64,000 nucleotides of DNA from positions 2,560,001 through 2,624,000 of the forward strand of contig OY762825.2 in NCBI GenBank assembly GCA_963666425.2, read 5' to 3'. Positions 57,190-64,000 of this stretch are shown piece after piece (positions within the stretch are counted from its first letter, which is position 1; the number at the start of each line of letters is the position of its first letter). This DNA is from Bacillota bacterium (GTDB lineage: Bacteria > Bacillota > JAAYKD01). The notes below the pieces were generated by a model. The model saw only the letters and a program-made list of their open reading frames with translations. It did no database searches and was not told the DNA's origin. The translations under genes were made by a program, and so were the position numbers.

Positions 57190-58965
57190 ATGGCTTATTT
57201 AGCACTTTATCGACAATATCGACCAAAAGTCTTGGCGGAAGTCGTAGAACAGGAACATATTGTCAGAACCCTCTCCAATGCGATTAAGCAGGGAAGGTTA
57301 GCGCATGCGTATCTGTTTACCGGGCCGCGCGGGACCGGCAAAACCACAATCGCACGTGTCTTAGCGCGCTCACTGAATTGCGAAAAGGGCCCCACCCTGT
57401 CTCCCTGCGGTGTCTGCGCCTCCTGCCGGTCCATCGATGCAGGGACTTCGTTGGATGTGCGTGAAATCGATGCTGCTTCTAACCGCGGCATCAATGACAT
57501 CCGCGAAATCAGGCAGGCTTTGCAATATGTCGCCGAATCGCGGTATAAGATTTATATTATTGATGAAGTTCACATGCTGACCCCAGAGGCGTTTAATGCC
57601 TTACTAAAGACACTGGAAGAGCCGCCGGCGAATATTATCTTTATCTTGGCAACCACAGAAGTGCATAAAGTACCCTTGACCATTCTTTCGCGCTGTCAAC
57701 GCTATGATTTTAGACGGATCAGTCCGCAGGGGATGATCATGCAGATGCGGATGATCGCTGAGGAAGGACATTTTACGATCAGTGAGGATGCCCTCCAGGT
57801 GCTGGCGGTCCGAGCGCAGGGTGGCATGCGGGATGCGCTGTCGCTCTTGGATCAATGTCTTTCTTATGCAGGTGATGCGATTACTCTAAATGATTTACTG
57901 GCAGTCTTGGGATCGGTCGATCAGCAGACTTTGCAGCAGGCAATTCAGGCAATGCTGACGGGAGCGATTCCGGAGCTTTTGGCTTTACTGGACCGCATTG
58001 AAAGTGAAGGCAAGGATCTAATTCAGTTCCTGCGGGATCTGCTGCAGCAACTGCGCGATTGGCTGACGGAAAAATCTCCCTTCGCCGATCTCCAGCCCAA
58101 GCAATTGGTCACACTGATGAATATTCTGGCCACAGCCGATTGGGAAATGAAACAAGCAGCGCAGCCACGCTTAATTCTGGAATTGGCCATGTTTAAGGCG
58201 GGGGAAGCCTATCGCTATGGGGATCGTCTGAAAAAAATGGAAGCGCGGATCGAACAGCTGGAACAGCAAAATATAAAAAGCGGGACTGCAGTCCAGACAG
58301 GTCAAGCAGAGAATCAGCAGGCTGTGGCGCCAAGACCGGCACCGTCAGTAGAAGGAAAGCTGAAAAATGCTCCTGCAGCAAGCCTGAGTCCGACGCAGCA
58401 GCAGCAAAGGCAGGTCGACCGGGAGGTACAAGAAGCAACCCCACCCGCGGCTGCAGCGGAACAGGTGGATTTGTCCGGTGCTGAAACCGGCGCGGCAGTA
58501 CAAGAAAAGCCGCAGCAAGCCGAAATACCCGCCTCGGATGACATGCTGTCTCGTTTCAGAGCCAAATGGCCGGACATTTTGCAGCAAGTGCTGCGGGAGA
58601 AAATATCCGCCCATGCAGTCCTGAAACAGGGAGAACTTTATGAAGCGAATGAAAATTCCTTGGTCGTGGTTTTTCAGGCAGAGTTTCATAAGAAAGTCAT
58701 GGAGAAGGCCGATAATCGAGCCGTGATTGAAAAGGCGATTGCAGCCGCGATAGGAATGTCTCTCAGATTTAATGCGAAAACGAAAAAGGAAACTTTAGGC
58801 GACTTGCCGAAAAAAGAAGCAAGCAATCCGGCGATGCTGCTGCGGGAAACAAGTTTACCGCAGGAAGAAGATTGGTTTCTGCAATCCGCTTATGCACTGG
58901 CCGGTCAAAACAAAGTCGATGTAATCAAACAGGAAAAGAAAAACATAAATGAAGGGAAGGCTTGA
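57190..58965 (+). CDS. dnaX: DNA polymerase III gamma/tau subunit
   Basis: ALYRQYRP, GPRGTGKTT, Zn-finger Cys, EIDAASN, IIDEVHML, SRC, GGMRDA. Confidence 0.96.
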   Translation: MAYLALYRQYRPKVLAEVVEQEHIVRTLSNAIKQGRLAHAYLFTGPRGTGKTTIARVLARSLNCEKGPTLSPCGVCASCRSIDAGTSLDVREIDAASNRGINDIREIRQALQYVAESRYKIYIIDEVHMLTPEAFNALLKTLEEPPANIIFILATTEVHKVPLTILSRCQRYDFRRISPQGMIMQMRMIAEEGHFTISEDALQVLAVRAQGGMRDALSLLDQCLSYAGDAITLNDLLAVLGSVDQQTLQQAIQAMLTGAIPELLALLDRIESEGKDLIQFLRDLLQQLRDWLTEKSPFADLQPKQLVTLMNILATADWEMKQAAQPRLILELAMFKAGEAYRYGDRLKKMEARIEQLEQQNIKSGTAVQTGQAENQQAVAPRPAPSVEGKLKNAPAASLSPTQQQQRQVDREVQEATPPAAAAEQVDLSGAETGAAVQEKPQQAEIPASDDMLSRFRAKWPDILQQVLREKISAHAVLKQGELYEANENSLVVVFQAEFHKKVMEKADNRAVIEKAIAAAIGMSLRFNAKTKKETLGDLPKKEASNPAMLLRETSLPQEEDWFLQSAYALAGQNKVDVIKQEKKNINEGKA

Positions 58966-58970
58966 TCACG

Positions 58971-59336
58971 ATGCGTGGAGGAAAAAATAGTGGATTTGGC
59001 GGCGGAAGTGCCGGAAATATGCAGCAGCTGTTGAAACAGGCACAAAAACTGCAGGCTCAGATGCAGGAAGACATGGCGAAATTACAGGAAGAGATGAAAG
59101 TGAAAACGGTGGAAGCATCGGTCGGCGGCGGTGTAGTCAGTGTCGTATTTAGTGGTGACAGAATTCTGCAGTCCATTCTTGTCAAACCGGAAGCAATGGA
59201 TCCGAGTGATCCGGAAATGCTGCAGGACCTGCTGATGGCGGCAATCAATGAAGGGCTGCGGAAAGCCAAAGAATTATACGATGGCGAAATGGAAAAAATC
59301 AACGGCAACCTCAAAATGCCGGGCGGTATGTTTTAA
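58971..59336 (+). CDS. ybaB: YbaB/EbfC nucleoid-associated protein
   Basis: QAQKLQ, GGGVVSV, EMLQDL..AAINE; between dnaX and recR. Confidence 0.92.
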   Translation: MRGGKNSGFGGGSAGNMQQLLKQAQKLQAQMQEDMAKLQEEMKVKTVEASVGGGVVSVVFSGDRILQSILVKPEAMDPSDPEMLQDLLMAAINEGLRKAKELYDGEMEKINGNLKMPGGMF

Positions 59337-59378
59337 CCAAAACGGCGTGAGAGAAAGCTGCATTGAAAGAGGTGTCCC

Positions 59379-59978
59379 ATGTATTCCTTTGGTGATCCAA
59401 TGACGAAATTAGTTTCTCAATTGAGCCGCTTACCGGGCATCGGTCCCAAGACCGCTCAGCGCTTGGCGATGTACATCATTCAAATGGAAGAAAGCAAAGT
59501 GCGTGAGATGGCACAATCCATGTTGGATGCCAAAGAAAAGATGCATTATTGTTCCATTTGCTGCAATTTATCGGATCGCAATCCCTGCATGATCTGCAGC
59601 GACGACAAACGGGATCAATCGATGATCTGTGTCGTTTCAGATCCGCGCGATGTGATGGCGATGGAGAAAACCAGAGAATACAAGGGCTTGTATCACGTGC
59701 TGCACGGGGCAATCCAACCCAGTGAAGGAATCGGTCCGGAGAAATTAAAGATCCGGGAATTGCAGCTGCGCCTCTTGGACGGGACCGTTAAAGAATTGAT
59801 TCTGGCTATGAATCCGAATATTGAAGGAGAAACCACAGCGCTTTATTTATCCCGTTTGGTAAAGCCCGCCGGGTTGAAAGTGACACGAATTGCCCGTGGT
59901 TTGCCGGTTGGCGGAGATTTAGAATATGCCGATGAAATTACACTGCTGAAAGCTTTGGAAGGCAGAAGAGAAATCTAG
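59379..59978 (+). CDS. recR: Recombination mediator RecR
   Basis: [14 protein letters not shown]4 Zn finger, [23 protein letters not shown]. Confidence 0.97.
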   Translation: MYSFGDPMTKLVSQLSRLPGIGPKTAQRLAMYIIQMEESKVREMAQSMLDAKEKMHYCSICCNLSDRNPCMICSDDKRDQSMICVVSDPRDVMAMEKTREYKGLYHVLHGAIQPSEGIGPEKLKIRELQLRLLDGTVKELILAMNPNIEGETTALYLSRLVKPAGLKVTRIARGLPVGGDLEYADEITLLKALEGRREI

Positions 59979-60106
59979 CTGAAAAGTATAAGAAAAGGTC
60001 TGCAAGAAAAAGCAGCGATGGCTTTGGCTTACCATTACTGCGAATAGGATCGCAGCCGATCACTACAATCAGCCACAATTGGGTGACAACAGAGAGGATG
60101 AGACAG

Positions 60107-60622
60107 ATGGAAAGACAAACAGAGAAAGACCTCTATGTTTTGGGACATTTACAACCCACACAGGTGGCGCAAGCCGGACGTCTGATCGCTGCAAATCCGG
60201 TCTTCCGTCCCTATCAGTACACGGCAGAGAAAATAGCAGCTGCGCTGTCTGAGGCACTGCAAACGGAGGATATCATTCTCACTGCCATGGATCATGATCA
60301 ATTGCGGGGTCTGGTTTGGCTGCAGCTCAGGAATGTGTTTGGCTTGAGTGCCTATATTAAGCTGATTGCCGTGGATTATCAATACCACGAACATGGCATC
60401 GGACGGTTGCTGATGACTGCCGCTGAATTGTTGGCACAGGAAAGCGGTCCGAATCTCTTCTTGCTGACTTCTGTCGATAACCTGACGGCACAGCAGTTCT
60501 ATTTGCGCCTCGGTTATGAAGCGATCGGGGTCATTAAGGATTTTGTTTATGATGGGGTTGACGAATTACTGATGCGAAAAACATGGGGCAGCATTAAAGG
60601 AAAAAGTATTGACCTTTCCTGA
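60107..60622 (+). CDS. GNAT-family N-acetyltransferase
   Basis: LIAVD..Y...GIGRLLM, N..AQQFY.RLGY. Confidence 0.85.
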   Translation: MERQTEKDLYVLGHLQPTQVAQAGRLIAANPVFRPYQYTAEKIAAALSEALQTEDIILTAMDHDQLRGLVWLQLRNVFGLSAYIKLIAVDYQYHEHGIGRLLMTAAELLAQESGPNLFLLTSVDNLTAQQFYLRLGYEAIGVIKDFVYDGVDELLMRKTWGSIKGKSIDLS

Positions 60623-60637
60623 CCTTTGTGCTATACT
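60608..60637 (+). promoter_or_regulatory. clpP SigA promoter with overlapping CtsR operator
   Basis: TTGACC-17 bp-TATACT; TGACCTTT repeated at 10-bp spacing (reverse GGTCAGG-AAA-GGTCAAT, matching CtsR RGTCAAA-NAN-RGTCAAA). Confidence 0.8.
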
Positions 60638-60696
60638 ACGGGCATAACGGGTGAGGATGCTTTGCAGCCCGTCAAAAAGAAGCAGGAGGGTTTCAA

Positions 60697-61290
60697 ATGG
60701 AAATACGTAACGATTTAGTGCCGATTGTCATAGAACAATCCAGCCGGGGAGAGCGCTCTTATGATATTTTTTCCCGTATGCTGCGGGACCGTATCGTCTT
60801 CTTAAACGGTGAAGTGAATATGTACAGCGTCAATTTGGTAATTGCACAGCTGCTGTTTTTGGAAGCGGAAGATCCGGAGAAGGAAATTAATCTTTATATC
60901 AATTCTCCCGGTGGCGAAGTTTATTCGGGTTTAGCACTGTATGACACCATGCAGTACTTAAAAGCACCGGTTAATACCATCTGCGTGGGATTGGCTGCCT
61001 CGATGGCAGCGGTGATTTTATCGGCCGGCAAGAAGCGCATGGCTTTGCCGCATTCCCGCATCCTGATTCACCAACCGCTGGGCGGCGCGCAGGGGCAGGC
61101 AGCCGATATCAAGATTCAGGCAGAAGAGATCCTGCGTATCCGCCAGACCTTGAATGAAATTTTAGCCAAACACACCAAGCAGGATATCAAGGAAATCGAA
61201 AATCGAACCGACCGGGATAATTATTTTACAGCGCCGGAAGCGCTGGAATTTGGTCTGATCGACCAGATTTTCGAAAACAAAAATAAGTAA
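60697..61290 (+). CDS. clpP: ATP-dependent Clp protease proteolytic subunit
   Basis: [22 protein letters not shown] (Ser), IHQP (His), RDNY (Asp). Confidence 0.97.
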   Translation: MEIRNDLVPIVIEQSSRGERSYDIFSRMLRDRIVFLNGEVNMYSVNLVIAQLLFLEAEDPEKEINLYINSPGGEVYSGLALYDTMQYLKAPVNTICVGLAASMAAVILSAGKKRMALPHSRILIHQPLGGAQGQAADIKIQAEEILRIRQTLNEILAKHTKQDIKEIENRTDRDNYFTAPEALEFGLIDQIFENKNK

Positions 61291-61298
61291 GCATGATG

Positions 61299-61336
61299 CG
61301 ACCGCATCCCATTTGTACTGGGATGCGGTCTTTTTC
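61299..61336 (+). terminator. Terminator after clpP
   Basis: gaccgcatccca-loop-tgggatgcggtc-ttttt. Confidence 0.85.
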
Positions 61337-61418
61337 GTACAGCGGCTGGAAATAGGAAGGAAAAATTCAAACGCAACACGAAATAATACAGGTATCATGA
61401 TCACAGGGAGGCGTATGT

Positions 61419-62159
61419 ATGAAAGGAATCGGTCAGCAATTTGTCGAGTATACCAAACAAAAGTACAAAACGGAAGATACCGATCAGGTGAAAGGGCTGC
61501 CGCAGCCGGCTCTGACAGACCCAACACCTACAGATTTGCCTTTGATTCAATTACCCAATCCCCATACAGCGGCAGTGCCGAAGGTTGATTTGTTTACGGC
61601 CATCAACAACCGCGTCAGCGTCCGCAAATACAGCAGCGTGCCGTTGACGCTGGATGAATTGTCTTATCTGCTCTGGTGTACGCAAGGAATCAAGCAGGTA
61701 ACTACACGTCCCGCTACCCTGCGCACGGTGCCTTCGGGTGGATCCCGACATGCGTTTGAGACTTATTTACTGATCAATAAAGTGGATGGGCTGCAGCCGG
61801 GACTCTATAAATATGCCGCGCTGGATCATTGCCTGATTCAAATTGAACCGGATGCAGCCTGGAACGCCAAACTCACGGCTGCCTGTATGAATCAAGGTAT
61901 GGTGAAAAATTCGGCAGTCACCTTTTTTTGGATTGCGGTTGCTTACCGAACCTATTGGCGCTATGCGGAACGTGGCTACCGCGATCTGTTTCAGGATATC
62001 GGACATGTCGGACAAAATCTCTATCTGGCTTGCGAAGCAATGCAGGCGGGCTGCTGTGCCATCGGAGCCTTCGATGATGACGTGATCAGCCAATATTTTC
62101 AGCTGGACGGGGTCGAGCGTTTTCCCATTTATGTGGCTACGGTTGGTAAAAAAGAATAG
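61419..62159 (+). CDS. SagB/ThcOx-family FMN-dependent dehydrogenase (nitroreductase fold), paralog 1
   Basis: NRVSVRKY, LSYLLW.TQG, RTVPSGGSRH, PGLY, WRY, DIGHVGQNLYL, IGAFDD. Confidence 0.88.
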   Translation: MKGIGQQFVEYTKQKYKTEDTDQVKGLPQPALTDPTPTDLPLIQLPNPHTAAVPKVDLFTAINNRVSVRKYSSVPLTLDELSYLLWCTQGIKQVTTRPATLRTVPSGGSRHAFETYLLINKVDGLQPGLYKYAALDHCLIQIEPDAAWNAKLTAACMNQGMVKNSAVTFFWIAVAYRTYWRYAERGYRDLFQDIGHVGQNLYLACEAMQAGCCAIGAFDDDVISQYFQLDGVERFPIYVATVGKKE

Positions 62160-62171
62160 GAGGAAATCACG

Positions 62172-62930
62172 ATGCACAAAAGACTGGAAAAATTACATAT
62201 CGGCCCGACTTTTATGGAATATACCAAATATAAATACCAAACAGAACCGACCGATCAAACAAAAATGCTGCCGCAGCCGGAGTTAGCCGATGCAGCACCA
62301 ACAGATAAACCGGTATTTGATTTACCTGATCCCAAATCAGTTGCTGTGAATCGCGTCGATCTGACTGACGCGATCAACAACAGAGTCAGTGTGCGTAAAT
62401 ATGCGAAAAAGCCGCTCACGCTGGCGGAGTTATCCTATCTGCTCTGGACAACCCAAGGCATCAAACAGATCACCAACCGGCCGGCTACCTTGCGCACCGT
62501 TCCTTCCGCCGGTTCGCGCCACTCCTTTGAAACTTATCTTTTGATCAATCGGGTCGAATCGCTGCCGGCCGGCCTTTATCAATATGCAGCGTTGGACCAT
62601 AAACTGATTCAGCTTTCTGTGGCGGAAACTTTGGCCGAGGATCTCACCCAAGTCTGTTCCCGTCAGGGTATGGTCAAAAATTCTGCGGTGACTTTTTTCT
62701 GGGCAGCCGAGATTTACCGTAATGTCTGGCGTTATGCCGAGCGTTCCTTCCGTTATATTCATTTGGATGCCGGACATGTCTGTCAAAATCTTTATTTAGC
62801 TTGTGAAGCGATCGATGCAGGCTGCTGCGCCATCGCCGCCTTTGATGACGATGCCTTGAGCGCCATTTTAGGCATCGACGGCGTCAGCCGGTTCCCCGTT
62901 TACTTGGCAACAGTCGGGAAAAAAGAATAG
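62172..62930 (+). CDS. SagB/ThcOx-family FMN-dependent dehydrogenase, paralog 2
   Basis: NRVSVRKY, RTVPSAGSRH, WRY, LDAGHVCQNLYL, IAAFDD. Confidence 0.88.
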   Translation: MHKRLEKLHIGPTFMEYTKYKYQTEPTDQTKMLPQPELADAAPTDKPVFDLPDPKSVAVNRVDLTDAINNRVSVRKYAKKPLTLAELSYLLWTTQGIKQITNRPATLRTVPSAGSRHSFETYLLINRVESLPAGLYQYAALDHKLIQLSVAETLAEDLTQVCSRQGMVKNSAVTFFWAAEIYRNVWRYAERSFRYIHLDAGHVCQNLYLACEAIDAGCCAIAAFDDDALSAILGIDGVSRFPVYLATVGKKE

Positions 62931-62959
62931 ACAGCGCAGAAAATTCTACAGAGAATCAT

Positions 62960-62997
62960 CGGCAGCGGCGAAGCAACTGACCGATGATTCTCTTTTT
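62960..62997 (+). terminator. Terminator after the SagB pair
   Basis: agagaatcatcgg...ccgatgattctc-ttttt. Confidence 0.75.
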
Positions 62998-63066
62998 AGA
63001 TTTCCCTTGCATTTTTGCTTTTTTTTCTGTACACTAGGTACAGAAAATGCAAGGGAGATGAACCGC

Positions 63067-63906
63067 ATGCGCGAATTAAATGTGGCAGAGATCACGGCAG
63101 CGATTGCCGCTTTATGCATAGAAGCAAATACGGATTTGGGCTGCGATGTGGAAAACGCCATGCAGCAGGCTTTACAGCGTGAAGAGCTGCCGCTGGCCAG
63201 GAGTGTTTTGCAGCGTTTGTTGGAGAATGCAGCCATTGCCCGTCAGGAGAAAATGGCGATTTGCCAGGATACCGGCATGGCGGTAGTTTTTGCCGATCTG
63301 GGCCAGGATCTGCACCTGACCGGCGGTGATTTTGTTACTGCTGTCAATGAAGGGGTCCGGATTGGATATCGGGAAGGCTATCTGCGGAAATCGGTGGCAC
63401 ACCCGCTCAGCCGCAAGAATACAGGTGACAATACGCCGGCGGTCATCCATCTGCGCTTGATTCCCGGCGAGCAGATTAGTTTGACGGTGGCACCCAAAGG
63501 ATTTGGTTCGGAAAACATGGGAGCACTCGCTATGCTGACGCCCGCCGCGGGAATCGCTGGGGTCAAGCAGGTTGTGTTGGATACAGTCAGAAAAGCCGGC
63601 AGCAACCCCTGTCCGCCACTTGTGGTTGGCGTCGGGATTGGCGGTACCATGGAGCAGGTAACCTTGCTGGCCAAACGCGCTTTGCTGCGTGAACTCGGTG
63701 TTTTTCACCCCGAAGCGGAGATTGCTCATTTGGAGCAGGAACTGCTCTCTGAAATCAACCAATTGGGCATTGGGCCGCAGGGCTTTGGCGGTAAAACAAC
63801 GGCACTGCATGTGGCGGTGGAATGGGCACCGACCCATATTGCCGGATTGCCGGTCGCTGTCAATCTCAATTGTCATGTGGCACGGCACCGCACGAGAATT
63901 CTATAA
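63067..63906 (+). CDS. Fe-S hydro-lyase (two-subunit fumarate hydratase/tartrate dehydratase family), alpha subunit
   Basis: ICQDTG, NTGDNTPA, APKGFGSEN, NPCPP, GIGPQGFGG, THIAGLPV, CH. Confidence 0.92.
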   Translation: MRELNVAEITAAIAALCIEANTDLGCDVENAMQQALQREELPLARSVLQRLLENAAIARQEKMAICQDTGMAVVFADLGQDLHLTGGDFVTAVNEGVRIGYREGYLRKSVAHPLSRKNTGDNTPAVIHLRLIPGEQISLTVAPKGFGSENMGALAMLTPAAGIAGVKQVVLDTVRKAGSNPCPPLVVGVGIGGTMEQVTLLAKRALLRELGVFHPEAEIAHLEQELLSEINQLGIGPQGFGGKTTALHVAVEWAPTHIAGLPVAVNLNCHVARHRTRIL

Positions 63907-63933
63907 TTTTACAATAGAAAGGGTGAATCAGTC

Positions 63934-64000
63934 ATGCAGCGAATCTCATTACCCTTAACCGGTGAGAGTATCCGGACGTTGCGCGCCGGCGATGAAGTTT
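63934..64000 (+). CDS. Fe-S hydro-lyase beta subunit (3' truncated)
   Basis: MQRISLPLTGESIRTLRAGDEV directly after alpha subunit. Confidence 0.75.
   Translation, partial: MQRISLPLTGESIRTLRAGDEV

Noticed and set aside
58228-58240. Programmed frameshift or slippage site in dnaX (A7 run)
   Set aside because: Not the in-frame A-AAA-AAG heptamer of E. coli nor the A9 of Thermus; no clear stimulatory hairpin; encodes an ordinary LKKME coiled coil
63172-63888. 238-aa antisense ORF
   Set aside because: Fully overlaps a conserved Fe-S hydro-lyase gene and has no motif
1-64000. CRISPR array, integrase/transposase, prophage, rRNA or tRNA genes
   Set aside because: No regularly spaced direct repeats, no recognisable recombinase, transposase or phage ORF, and no cloverleaf seen by eye

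Overview
64 kb of chromosome from an anaerobic Bacillota (Firmicutes)-type bacterium, inferred from the large Alu-domain SRP RNA, ffs...dnaX-ybaB-recR synteny, CtsR box at clpP, SLH-anchored surface protein and SigH-like promoters. Most content is housekeeping or peptide/amino-acid fermentation: kdpDE, glnS, a Ugp-type ABC importer with a DHH phosphoesterase, rseC-mtnA-class II aldolase, folD/fhs/fchA, several metallopeptidases, helD, pdp, glnA, iorAB, a LarA-family racemase, a DinG/YoaA helicase, megL, clpP, two tandem SagB-type flavoenzymes and a two-subunit Fe-S hydro-lyase. There is a decayed AT-richer LysR/flavoprotein island (~20.6-24.2 kb) and a 2075-aa mosaic SLH protein followed by a capD pseudogene and an orphan cpsCDB tyrosine-kinase module. 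No CRISPR array, tRNA, rRNA or intact mobile element was seen. The best candidates for undescribed biology are the ABC importer + DHH operon, the rseC-mtnA-aldolase unit, an M20 enzyme lacking its catalytic Glu in the folate cluster, the iorAB/larA divergon, a DinG tail resembling the SSB C-terminus, the stand-alone SagB pair, and rod-like structured leaders upstream of the MATE and S-layer genes. All annotations come from motif recognition by eye; no database search or RNA-folding program was run.
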